NCBI RefSeq assembly: GCF_964204645.1
Contig: NC_134035.1
Coordinates: 7,968,451-8,032,450, forward strand
Direction of reading: 5' to 3'
Origin: Tubulanus polymorphus
Lineage: Eukaryota; Animalia; Nemertea
DNA length: 64,000 bases
Numbering within the stretch: position 1 is the stretch's first letter; each line of letters opens with the position of its first letter. Under the pieces are notes generated by a model. The model did not search any database, had not been told where the DNA came from, and saw only the letters and a program-made list of their open reading frames with translations. Positions 12,201 through 23,760 of this stretch are shown here, one piece after another. The translations under genes were made by a program, and so were the position numbers.

Positions 12201-14255
12201 TATTTCAAAATGCCCTTTTTATAAGTTGTGCTACCCTCGACAGTGGTCCATGGATCCGCCCCTGGTCTCATAACATGATGATGGATAATTACCTTGAGGA
12301 TTAGCCGGCATCCTCACAAGTAGGATACTACCAGAGTTTGTCGCCAATGAGAATAAAGCGCTGCCATTAGACACGAGAAGCGATGCGCACGAATGCACCT
12401 GATACGCCGAACTGCCGTTAGATAACGTGGAATGCGACATGCACCGAGCAGACGTCGCGTCGAAGAATATCGAACGAGCCGTCGAATCAACATCGCTGTG
12501 ACCATGAGATAATTCCTGCAATATTCATTTCAGAAAAATTGATACCTTGTTTCTCCGCAGCGGCCGGGTCACTTTTGTAAACTTCAATTAAATTTGTTAT
12601 CAGTTCATTTCTATAACTTGAGCAACAAATCAATCGGGACGGGGATTGGAACTTCATTTAGTCAGAATTGAATGGTTTATTGACTGTCAATAAACCATAT
12701 GAATGTCTATTCAGTAGCCTCATTTGCCATATGTCAGACATATGGCAAACAAGGCTACTGAATAGACATTCATATGCCTGTAGGTAAGTTATAAAAAATA
12801 AGAAATGATCGAAATGATTTTTGAAATGATTAACTCTTTTACCTGAGCACGAATATTCGTCGGATGAGTGAAAAAAAGTTTGTGCACGCTAGACACAGTG
12901 CACACCAAAATGACGACTTCGGCCTGAGTTTCGAAAATGCTGATGCTACCGAGTACCGGTGTATCGTCGAAACGAAACTGAACGCACGCCGCGTGAAGGT
13001 TCAAATCTAACGACTGTTCGGTGAACTCAACAACATCATCTTGTATACGCCTGAAACACAGACATAGAAAATTAATGTCTGCTTATTTCCTCGATTATCA
13101 AACCAAAAATTATCCGGTCTTATACGGGTAATGGGTTAGGTGATGTATGACTTCACAGCCTCAGTACCTCAGTGAGATGCTGTCACATTTCTATCAAAGC
13201 TGAGAGACAAGCAGGTTTAAGTCTTGCCATGAGTCAGGTTAAATGAAAAAAAATCCAATAGGGTTCATCTTGGGAAAACAAGTTTCCAATGACGTAAAGC
13301 ATGATCAACAAACTAACAGACTTACCAGATCACAACTTCTTTTAAAAAAGTTCGACAAAGACACAAAAGAGAAATAGGATCTTTATATTCAAATTCTCAA
13401 GCTCTAAACTTACCAGTAAAGGAATCTATTATGAATGGGAGAGTGCGGTTTACTGCTATCCCGGTAAGTGTAACCTCCTGCGCTTTCCTGAAGTTTTATA
13501 TCTTGCAATGGACCCGGGGCACCACCTAAAATAGCAGAAATCTAATCTATTATCAATTAATTTATTGGCATAACCGGAGTTATGGAGACCGGAGGACAGT
13601 GGAGGAGAGGGCTAAAATGATGAATGCATGAATTTGAGCAGGCCAATAATGATCGCAGAACACATTTAACGGTCATACTCAGCCGATGATGATCATATCA
13701 TGGGCTATGCAGTGTATCGACTTCAAAATACGTATGGGATTCTACAATGTTAGGGATTCAAATCAGAATGGAAATTTCAATTTATTGTGGAATTTGAATC
13801 CAATCAGATCATTAACAAGCATCGTAGTGTAGCCGTGTTAACCGGCAGTAGAATAAATACAACAATACGAATAGTACTTTATAGGTTAAGTATTTTATTG
13901 TATTTTAAGTGACAGAGTGAGGTACAGATGTAAATGTAGAAATTCTTTCAGTTTTATCACTTTTTACATTTCTGATTGTTGCATATTACTCTACTCCCGC
14001 CAAGCCGGTTGTGCCAATTATACGTTCAATATAGCCTGTGAATTTTAATTGAGCATATTTTGAAAAATTCCGCGTAAAAAGTCAATTCACAGAAAAACTG
14101 CGGGTCGAAGCTACTGAAAAATACGTCAGAAATATTGCATATATCTTCAATAATTTACGGCACTTACCGGTATTTATGGTTATATCCCGCGAACGACGAG
14201 AAATCTTATTTATCTGTATTATTTCGCGAAAACACTTAGCCATGGGCGCGGCCAT
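234..14255 (-). CDS. NUP160: Nuclear pore complex protein Nup160, exons 1-26; gene continues beyond left edge of window
   Basis: Frame-consistent GT-AG exon chain: 14168-14255, 13414-13525, 12843-13050, 12293-12515, 11732-11810, 11299-11416, 11100-11181, 10449-10537, 9922-9996, 9506-9603, 9233-9380, 8399-8497, 7651-7755, 7362-7536, 7107-7272, 6542-6851, 5984-6117, 5729-5802, 5275-5404, 4913-5068, 4091-4232, 3612-3707, 3185-3279, 2620-2716, 1953-2058, 234-394. Recognisable Nup160 peptides: HNRFLYWR, FTEQSLDLNL, ESSMMQRLWTGLVP, CKDHKIRIWS, WGKFYSSCVQYQE, FKHHLELGHNDEAYSAMIDNPD, RRKDCLRQFLVILCER, HNYYDLLYSFH, AGSVMYEYGMRLG. Confidence 0.96.
568..1615 (+). mobile_element. Helentron-associated (HINE/pearl-like) element with internal tandem array, ~6.6 x 143-146 bp
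   Basis: Units start at about 568, 713, 859, 1004, 1149, 1292, 1435; then GCGGAG-type microsatellite (1535-1557) and terminal hairpin TATGCCCC...GGGGCATA (1581-1615) followed by an A-rich tail. Array is directly visible; class assignment is from architecture. Confidence 0.7.
5069..5274 (-). other. U12-type (minor spliceosome) GT-AG intron in NUP160
   Basis: Donor GTATCCTTT (5274-5266), branch site TCCTTAAC (5088-5081) 12 nt before the exon start, no polypyrimidine tract; junction restores frame (..ALPF-L-WPLSGD..), read-through hits TAA after 7 codons. Confidence 0.92.
5499..5565 (+). mobile_element. Degenerate tRNA-derived SINE head
   Basis: gcgggcgagtggttagagcattcgact...ggttggaaccc resembles the element at 1-126 with a damaged B box. 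Confidence 0.45.
8611..9109. mobile_element. ~500-bp foldback (palindromic) non-autonomous element
   Basis: taatgtctatttcaacctgacttgag ... ctcaagtcaggttgaaacagacatta; arms pair imperfectly over ~240 bp around a centre near 8860. Confidence 0.8.
10850..11055 (-). repeat. Dispersed repeat fragment, inverted homologue of 47190-47440
   Basis: Shares blocks ccaaat.ggcacg, aggcccgagtcaa, cacgtaaccactcact, cacttccgg, gcaattc.cacgcaataatctg with the reverse complement of 47190-47440. Confidence 0.7.
11917..12264. mobile_element. MITE with CAGG-GCGGATCC-type TIRs and 5-bp TSD (GTCTC)
   Basis: gtctc|caggcgcggattca ... tggatccgcccctg|gtctc. Confidence 0.8.
12672..12776. repeat. Two overlapping near-perfect palindromes (27 bp and 81 bp)
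   Basis: atggtttattgac-t-gtcaataaaccat (12672-12698); 40-bp arms with 1-nt centre and 2 mismatches (12696-12776). Confidence 0.9.
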
Positions 14256-14373
14256 TTTGATAAGTTCGCCGCCTGATCAACGGCAGCACCGTCCAGTCCG
14301 GGAGCCATTGCGCAATACACCACACATTGTCCTGTTGGTTCGAACCCCTCTGAACTCATGCTATTCGGACTAG

Positions 14374-14555
14374 CATAGAACTATAACGTTAACTATCCGT
14401 TATAGTTCTATGGGACTAGTCAGTAACCTGTCTGTGGTTTAGTTTCACGATCGGATATTTTCACAAACCACAAGTTTTTTATAATCGGATGGGCTGTATG
14501 TGGTTTGTGAAAATATCCGATCGTGAAACTAAACCATAGACAGGTTACTGACTAG
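14374..14555. mobile_element. Palindrome (14374-14412) plus hairpin MITE (14416-14555) just upstream of NUP160
   Basis: catagaactataacg...cgttatagttctatg; ctagtcagtaacctgtct...agacaggttactgactag with ~56-bp arms; partial second copy at about 20509-20610. Confidence 0.8.
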
Positions 14556-16334
14556 GAACCATTAAAAAAAAACTGCAAAATGTAATTTGCAGGACTCGTT
14601 CTAATCTCATAACAAAGACAAATAAAACAGCATAAATTGATGAAGTTTTTATATTTTCAATCTTACTCTTGATTATTTTACACAATTGATTACATAATCA
14701 TACATCAGGTTGCCTTCTTCATTATATAAGTCGTTAAGTAGTACATATATCAGGAAAAAAACTGCGACACAGAATTGCATATAAAAAATATCTACAATAG
14801 TAGGTTACTTCAATTCTTCCAATTCACCTAAAATATATTTACACCACAGACTTTTCAAATACCTCAGAAAATCAAGAAATACGACACTCCTATCTATATA
14901 ATATGTTGCATTGTTTGTATTCTATACTTCCCTACAGTGGGGCATGGAGGAAAAAAACATCTATATCTTAACCTTAATTCTACAAAATGTAAAATAATCC
15001 CGTCGTGCCAAAACCTGTAAATATTCAAGCGGCCAGAATTTTGGGATGAAAGATAAAACTGGTCTGGTTTGTAAATTGTAATAATTATCTCCATGTCCAT
15101 GAATGACGATACTGTCTAGCCTTTGGACAATGATTTTTGCAGTTGCCACCAATTCAGAAAGTTTCTGCAACTCCTGTGAATGCGTTCAACTTATTTCACT
15201 AAAGAGCTTCGTAAAAACCCTAGTATACATCTATTTACAATATCCTAATTACATGCTATAGAATTCAAAACATCAAAGAAACATTGAACCTGAATGGCTA
15301 AAATGCATGGAAAAATCTATCTGAATCAATTAGCAAACACCGGATCCAGTTCTACAGAAGTGAGTCAAAATTAGAGACCCTCGGGTCAGTTTTACAGTTT
15401 TATTGGGTTTCATACACTTAATTCTATTCTTTTAAAAAGGTTACAGTCATCAATGAACTGAAAATAAACTTATACTGACTCGGTTTAGCTTGCAACAGTA
15501 TCACCAAATCCTAAATGGAAATGAACTGAATTTGATTAGCTCAAATCTATCTAATAAGCCGTTAATTCTTCCTATCTGAATATCATTTTTGATATATGTA
15601 TCTAATAGAAGCATAAAAAAGACGTTATGGTAAAAGTGATTCGTTAGAAGACAGCAGTGAATTTGGGACTGTATGTGTGTGTGTATGTGTACAAGAATAA
15701 ATATTTAACAATTAAAAAACAATTTCACTATTGCATATGATATAAAGTATATAGCAATGTCAGAAAAATTGTTACCCTCACACGTAGAAATGTCAAAGTT
15801 GCAAAACTTAATTAATCCAAGTGAATTAAAGCCTAGAGAAACATTTTAACCAAAATCTTTGGAATTGGATCCAGTATTGCACAAAGTTATAGAGAATCTC
15901 ATCAATCACCAGTAACAAGCTGTTTTTTTTTTTTTCAGAAAAAAATTTGTATTTAGGCCAGTTATTTCTGTAGCCGGAACTTCGGGATTTCTACGAGATT
16001 AAGAGTAATGCTTTTTTTCTGACATCGCAGTTACAAGTTAACTGTATCCGTTAGTTGGTTCCTTCGTTCAAAAACTTGAACTAATCTTTGTAGGAAAATT
16101 TCCTATCCTTGTATATATTTCATATTCATCTACGAATTCTTATTCATTCAATTCTCATAAGATAAGTGCACAGACCAAATAGCGCGACAATTATACGTCT
16201 CCGCCACAATAGATTTCTTTTGCCACTTTTCAAATCAAATGATGAAATTTTTACGACCATTCAGAGCAGTGGAAATATTGAAATGAGAATTCTAGCGAGA
16301 CAACAGAGTTCGGCTGATCGTTGATACTGGTATC

Positions 16335-19300
16335 TCATTGGTCGGAATTAGACGCAGAGTTATTCTTATCCTCGTAAAATGTCGGCTGAAATGAAAACAA
16401 AGAAGATGCTTCAATAACGCAAATATCCTGAATGCAGTTGGCTGTAAACCATAATGAAGTTGTATCAGTTGAGCTAGTTGAACATTGGTATCATCTCATC
16501 GAAATATATTATTAATCAATAGATTGACGCTCAGTAACTCTTTATTTGGTATCGGGACAATTGCCCCCCAAATTAAATCTTTTTAATCTTAAAGTAACAC
16601 AGATATTTACTTCAAATTAATTAGACAAAGTGAACTAATTCTAGTTTATTACTCTAGGACTGCTTTAAAGTTTTTGATTGGCTAAAGTAACACTAAAACT
16701 AATTCCAATAAATTAGCCAGCGTTAACTGATGCAGTAATAAGTGAATTATAATTACACAAGGACTGATTTTAAGTTTTTGATCTGCACACAACATCAGTA
16801 ATTCTATATCTAATAAATCTATATTCAATAATATACGAATGAATTACTAGGTAAAGTATTTAGGTGGTGTTAATCCAAATCGAAAAGGATTTTATTCGGG
16901 AGGGGGGCAATTGTCCTAGAATCCTTTATATGTAAACATTGAAGAGAGTAAACTGGTTTTCTCAGTATGAACAAATTTGATATAACGGGAACAATTTGGA
17001 TCTGAAACGCCAGGTATCTCACCAGATGGCATGTCTACAATTCAATCTTAGCACGTAGTCTGTATATTGATTTTTCAAACAGCTCGTACATATCCTATAT
17101 CGGCTATGCAACCGTCTATATTAACTTCTAAGTCTTACATTTCGTAAAAATTCCTAAATATTTGACTTATTCACAAGTCGTAAATCGTGTACGTTGAATG
17201 GTTTTGATTGGGCCAAACTTGTACGACTTATGCGAGGTTGACCGTATATTATAGCCAATCACTGAAAAGGAATAACCGACTTGTAAAACTGCAATAATTG
17301 TTGTGTTTAATTATGACAAACCTCTGTTTCATCCTTCTGTTCTGGCTTGTTGGTCTCGTTATTTTGAGTATCCACTTCATCTTCATCAGAGGAACTGTCG
17401 TCGGAAGAATACTGTGTAGTTTTCGCTGAAAAGAAACAAAAGAATAGTTTTTTTGAATAATTCACCCCAATAGTGCCCTATACTGAACTAGTAAGGCATT
17501 TATGATAAACCGCATATATAGTAGTTACATTTATTACATTAGATTTAAATCTTAAAGCTGCATAACCATTTAAAATTGACTTATTTACAATTAGGAGAAG
17601 AAATGAACAATATTCAAGAAAATCATCTGCAAAAAATTTGATTTAAGCGAAATCCCATGCGAAGTTTAAACATATGTTCTATCATGTTTATATCCGGTTT
17701 ATCTTTCTACATAATTAACTTTTTCCCAGTATTTCATCATTCCACCCAATGACGGCCGAAATGCGGCATCAAGAAACTTTCAAATTTCAATCATGGGATT
17801 TCGCTTCAATTTGAGCCCATTTTCGTAGACATGGCAGTTAAAATCATTGCCCTAGGGCAAACCAGAATAAAGCGACAAAGAGAAGCTTATGATTTACCGG
17901 GAGGTTGTTGTTGTTGTTGGCTGGGATTCGTATCAGCCGTAAGATTTTCATAGCACGTATCACATACACGAAGAGGTTTACTCGATTGTAACGGCATTAA
18001 CCATTTCTTACTGGAACACGCCTGACAACACAGTCGACCACATTTCCTACAGTGATGCTGTAATAGCGATTAGTATTTCATGAATATCGAAATTGTCGAA
18101 CAAGACTTATGTTTCATATTTGGCCATTCAATATAGTGTGGCCCGACTTATTTGATTGCTTTCCCCCAACTATTCCTTGACAAGCACGTTGTTTTCCCTG
18201 ACTTTATCTGCTAAGAATCCAATCATTTAACAGTCAAATACTTAAGACATAGATGGATACTGTTCAATTATATGCGTGATCTCATCAAATTTCGGTCCTT
18301 TAGCTTTTTTATTACAAAATTCCCTCACTATTCCCTGACTTTTCTCCCTGATTTACAGGTAACTGGCCACCCTGATATATCATCAGTTAAAGAATAGAAA
18401 TAACAACTAGTAGAAAATGAAAATGGGCCATGTATCATACTTCAAATCCTCTACCGTATGCTAAACATATGATGAACATGTCATACATACCCGACGCTGT
18501 AGCACAGTGAATTCGGTCTTGTTGCAAACTTGACATTTGTTCGAATCTTGGTCCGGAACCCAAACTGGGGAATTCTCGGTAGTTTGCTGAGTTTTACCTC
18601 CTAAAAAAATATCAGCCACATATTTGTATATATCTTGAAATCTGAATAACCATAAAAGCGATAACAATAAAAACCTCATTTTCTAATGTGTAAAAACAGT
18701 TTATCATAAATTTTTGAAATCCTTTTCATTGCTATACATCATTCATACAAAAAGATTCTTCATATTCAACAAGTGCAAAATGTTACAGCTGCTGTTTTTC
18801 TAAGTAAAGCAAGATCCCAGCATTTTTTTGCAATGGGTTTTCACCATACACTCCCCACCCCCGGCTCTTAACATTGAAACCTGCCATTGCATCACATGAT
18901 TTCAAGCTAGAAACTGATAGTGACAGGTCTGTTTTCTAATTAGATTCAAAGCTCAAGCTTAACTTTGGCTTCGCGAAACTATACTTTTATTTTGACTGTA
19001 GCGCAAATTCATCCGGAATAGATTTGATACTACTTACGTTTAGCTAAAAGATCAGTGACACATTTTTGAATGTGGGCCATCCACTCTGATTTCTCTGTGG
19101 CGGTAGCTGCGCAAACGGTGAACGACTTCTTAGGACTGATGATCTGCCAACCATTTCGCAATCCGGGTAAAACTGAAAATTAACCGGCAATTCATCATTC
19201 GAATTATGCTTTCTCAGCATAGGTATGATTTGGTGATTACAAAACAGTGAACCCAATGAGGACCCTGTCGTGCCACCCGCTATCCCACTACAGTGGAACC

Positions 19301-21055
19301 TCGTTATAATGAACTCGGATATAATGATTCATCGGATATAATAAATACAGAATTTCATCCCAAGTAAGAAAATTTAATCAATTTCATACTGGATACCCGG
19401 TATAACGAACTATCGGTTAGGCCTAATATATAACAAACATATTTCCTGGCCCCGTGAAGTTCGCTGTAACGAGGTTCCATTGTGTAGATGGAATGCGATT
19501 CAATTGAAATAACTCATTCAAAATTTAGTTGAAATGTGGCATTGTCGTCCAAACGAACACAGTTTCCAGCTGGTAGGGCTTCACTCGCAACATGCGGAAT
19601 TCTCGATAGCTGCGGCGAACAGACAAACCACTTGCTAAATATATAGGGGTATATCAGTTTTTGAAGGGCATGAAAAGAACAATTCTGAAAACCGAAATCC
19701 ATATAGGGCTATATGGCTATATTCACGGAAAGAAGAAATAAAAATACCTGATCCATCTTCGACACTTTGTAAAGTCACATCAGCCAAGTCAATTATATGC
19801 TGTTTATTGTACTATAAACAAAAAGCAAAAGATTTCCATCAACAACCAAACATGTAAGCTTCATTTTCAACACTTTCTTTGTAAAAATAACAACAACAAA
19901 GGTTTCATTAAATCCACAACCAACCGTAGACATACCGGTATACTAGAGTCTAGTTCATAAGTCATGACCAAACTGATGTATATTTTATCACATTCTCTCA
20001 TGATTATCATGTACCATAAAAATTACGATTCGAAATCTACTCAAAATCTTATCTGATAAACTCTATGCAACGTCTATGAACCGGATAATGACGTTTGTTC
20101 TCACCTTTTTCTTACTAATTAGAATATTTCCATACACTAATACATCGTTGAACAGAAAGAACTGGCGAGGCTTCGCTTTCTTGCGACAAACTTTCGTCAG
20201 CACTCCTTCCCCGACGAGAACTCTGTTCGGCACTGCCAGCGGCTGTAAACATAGATTAACAGAATTAATTAGGCCTAATTAATCTTCAACAAAAAAGACA
20301 TACAAGAACAAGTGATAGTATCTAAGTCTGTCCGACATAGTATTTACCTGACTCGAGCTGCCAAAACATCTTTCAACAAATGCAATACGCCTTGTATTGG
20401 CTTCACTGTTTACTGAAATTATAAAAAACATCAATATTAGTTGGTTTATAACTGTTAAAACTATTGGGGACCAAATACTGGTATTCGTTAGGGGTTAGGC
20501 CTACCCATTAGTCAGTAACTTGTGTGTGGTTTAGTTTCACGATCGGATATTTTCACAAACCACATCTGATTATAAAAAGCTTACCACCAACGATTAGGTA
20601 ACTAACTAGCCTACCCCTCTGTACCTCTGATTAACCTCCTCATACACCCATCTTTTCTTTATAGCCAATTATCATCAAAAGACATAATTGCAGATTAATA
20701 TTCAACAAAAATTTAAGTTATTCATGTCATATTTGTTATGAAAATGGCTCGACGTCCTTTCACATGGTGGTGACGCTCACTAACATTCGATTCATTATTG
20801 ACGATGAGAATGCTGGTCCAGACCACGGTCCACATTCGTCGATTCAACAGTCGATCACACTCACAGAGATTCACATCATTTTTTGTGAATTGTTTCAACA
20901 ATTTAGGGTCTGTGATAGAATTTTAGGTGGAATTACGAGTCGCATATCTTGCGAAGGTATATAAACTAAGAGCCAGGGTTGTGAAAGACTGTAATAAGTA
21001 AAGATCACACGATCGGACAATTTTTCTAGCAACACCTACCAAGTCTGTCCACCAT
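16335..21055 (-). CDS. PLEKHF2: Pleckstrin homology domain-containing family F member 2 (Phafin2; PH + FYVE + acidic tail), 280 aa
   Basis: Exons 21040-21055, 20348-20412, 20105-20242, 19748-19811, 19038-19172, 18491-18600, 17898-18057, 17322-17425, 16335-16385 (843 nt). MVDRLVNSEANTRRI, RVLVGEGVLTKVCRKKAKPRQFFLFND (PH), VWVPDQD..C..C, RRHHCRKCG, RVCDTC (FYVE), DDSSSDEDE tail. Confidence 0.96.
16548..16924. mobile_element. MITE with GGACAATTGCCCC-type TIRs (same family as 61651-62116)
   Basis: ggtatcgggacaattgccccc ... ggggcaattgtcctagaatcc; shares internal taggtggtgttaatcca block with the copy at 62041. Confidence 0.7.
19290..19483. mobile_element. Tc1/mariner(pogo)-type MITE; related copies at ~25015-25213, ~37195-37357, ~52888-53030
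   Basis: TA-flanked CAGTGGAACCTCGTTATAA ... TAACGAGGTTCCA(C/T)TG termini. Confidence 0.7.
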
Positions 21056-21316
21056 CTTGAACAAATATAGCGATCACGTGACTGACTATTTTGACAATTA
21101 TCTAGGCAAACAATCTTTTTTATTCCATTTTACCAATCTTTTCACCGATTTTTCAAATATCCACAATCGTTTTAGTCTCCAGTTTTGAAGTTAAGGGTTA
21201 CAATTAAGTTTTGAATTTTGACATTTATAAGTCACATGACATCGCCGCCATTTTGGAAGAAATCATTTCCGGGTTTTCGTTGATCGTCGAAAAAAGTTCC
21301 GAATTTAGACGTCAAA
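21056..21316. promoter_or_regulatory. Bidirectional promoter/5'UTR region between PLEKHF2 and RNASEK with E-box/CLEAR-like, M-box and YY1-like motifs
   Basis: Start codons diverge 261 bp apart; TCACGTGA at 21074-21081, GTCACATGAC at 21231-21240, CGCCGCCATTTT at 21243-21254. Confidence 0.7.
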
Positions 21317-22015
21317 ATGCCTTTGTGTGGCCCAAAATGCTCAATATGTTGGTTACTTTTAAGTGTGTGGGGATGTATTATGCTGGTAAGTATTTATCAT
21401 TGAGTGAAACTTTAATTAAACCCACATTTGATGAAGTCGAAGAGGCCTGAAGAATTATTCAATCAAATTCAATTCAATACAACTTTATTCGCCAGCTTAA
21501 ACGTAGGCCTACTATTCGTAACAATGTCCGGGTTAGCCTATAGATCGCTGGAATCATTGCGGAATAGTCAGGTGACATGTTCTCGAAATTACCCTTAAAT
21601 ATGGACATACACAGACTTACGATGTCATTAGGTCGGCTCTCTGATTCAGATTTTGCTTTAATCGGGATATTATTTACAGCGTTTTACCCAGATATCTCAT
21701 GACATAAATCGGATTGAATTTCCTTGGTCCAAAAATGATCCGAATGAAGCAGGTTAATGTACGTTCCATGTTTTGGATTCATTGCAGGGATTCATGGGAC
21801 TGTTTCTACGAATTCACGCGGCCACGTTCATCGAGGATCTGCCGATTACCGAAAAGGACCTAGTGGCGAAGGAGTTCAGTATGGATTTCGTTTATAGCAA
21901 ATTTAACCAGGCCGGAAATAACTGTTTCGTCGCAGCCGGAGTTTACGTGGCCGTATTAGTATTTTCATTCATCCAATACAAAATGAACATGAGGGCCAAT
22001 TACGTGATGCAATAA
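21317..22015 (+). CDS. RNASEK: Ribonuclease kappa / V-ATPase subunit f, 98 aa
   Basis: Exon 1 21317-21385 (MPLCGPKCSICWLLLSVWGCIML|gtaagt), exon 2 21788-22015 (GFMGLFLRIHAATFIEDLP...FNQAGNNCFVAAGVY...). CGPK, SxWG, EDLP and NCFxAA motifs and two TM segments are typical of the family. AATAAA at 22928. Confidence 0.95.
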
Positions 22016-23139
22016 TGACAATAATGAGAGACTAATTAAATTTGTGAATATCGTGTTGGAATCAATATAAGTATAATATCCTCTAGTAGATTTCCATCGT
22101 ACCGTTTTTGATGTTCAGATTTTTTTGTTGACGAAAAAGAAGAAATTCGGATTATACATCTACCGGTATAAGACTTGAAAATTCACACGGTGAACAACAG
22201 TGAAGAGAAATTCCTGAGAATTATCGATGTTAGACTGAATATTTCTTACTACGGCGAGGCCTGGTTTTATAGACAGGGTATTGATAGAAAATAACGCTTA
22301 ACTTAATTCTTAGGCATTCAATCCGTTTAAATTCCAGTGCTAACCAAAATTGCAAAATTTTTCTGAGATGAATATCCTAAATCCATCTCGTATTCAATAT
22401 TTCAATAGGACCCAACAGTGGTATTCTAAGACTTTAACTAGAGATGAAAATGTGACACGGCGCTCTGGCTGTTGAAATAGGGTCTTATAGTAGAAAATAT
22501 TATATTTGAAATATCGTGATCGACTGTATTCTCTAGTCTTAACTGAATGAATTATATACTGAATGACCGGATACGAAATATATTGTATTATAGTTTCTGA
22601 TCACTGCTCTATGAAACTGTAAATTTGTAAATATATATAATAATATTTATGTACATACTTACCTTCAAATGTGTAGAAATCATGTTTTCCTATGTTCACA
22701 TTCCATCGATAAACTGTAAACTTGACTTAACTGTAGTTGGGACCACAAAATATGATAGATCATTGTAGACAGATAATTAAAAATTCTACCACAGTTGTGC
22801 ACATCCTACAGTTTAGGTGAGGTTTACTGTAATCAATTACTTTGTAATTGATTGGAGATATGATCTTCAAGCATAATTTGAAAGATTTGAAGTTGTCATT
22901 GTGTGGTTTCAAGAAATTAGCCTAGTCAATAAATGTACATAAATGAACAGATGCCACGTTTGTTGTTCATGTATGTAATTTCCACATCAGTGAAAGTCGC
23001 AACATTACCCGGTATGTTGGATTCCAATAGTTTGGAGAAAGAATAAAATATACTTCCGCACAATACTGTGACAGGAATTCAGATTTCTGGGGTTTGTCAA
23101 ATCACGTCATTGCAAACATCTTGGAACAAGACAAGAAAG

Positions 23140-23760
23140 TATTTACTTCATCCTCTTTATCTCTTCTGGGACATAAAGCCGTGACGAACTTCTTCCATTT
23201 GGACCGGTCCTTAGCTGTGTGTTGAGCCTGGTCCCAGATAAGACCAGCTGAAGACAGTTCAGTAGTGATGGTGCATCTCCATGTGGTTTAGGGCAGCCAC
23301 ATCTACGTCTACCCGGAGGGTCCATCTTTTGGAATACGGGATAGGTCCACAGGGTCCGATCTAAGGAATAAAAACCACTTGCCCCGGGCAAGTATATCTG
23401 AAATTGTATTTGCCCCCTTAAATATCTGCTTGCCCTACACAAGCAGTCCAACTGTTGTATCAATTGGGAAATGGCTTTGAGCTATAAAAATGCACTAGCC
23501 CGGTGGACAAGTGATAATGATAACCTACTTGCCCTGATGATAATATACTTGTCCCGGGCAATCAGACATGTGCTTAGATCGAACAAGTGCTTAGATGGGT
23601 CCATCCTGAAGGTGTGTCCCAGCGAGTTCAGTCTTCTAGGCTTAATTTCAACATCTAGACTTCCGTGGCTATTGCTCATTCTGAACAAGTTCAAATTGGT
23701 TATCCGTGAATGGGTGACGATAAGAAAACAGAACGAGTGAACAATTCGACGAAATATCTG
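23140..23760 (-). mobile_element. RTE-clade LINE 3' fragment interrupted by a MITE (23350-23589)
   Basis: Decayed ORF end: NLNLFRMSNS..DVEIKPRRLNSLGHTFRMDPS / RIPK..PPGRRRCGCPK / TWRCTITTELSSAGLIWDQAQHTAKDRSKWKKFVTALCPRRDKEDE, matching the RRLRWLGHVLRM..GRPKTTW..AKDRxxW C-terminus of RTE elements. Insert has termini cagggtccgatctaag / cttagatcgaacaagtg. Confidence 0.82.
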
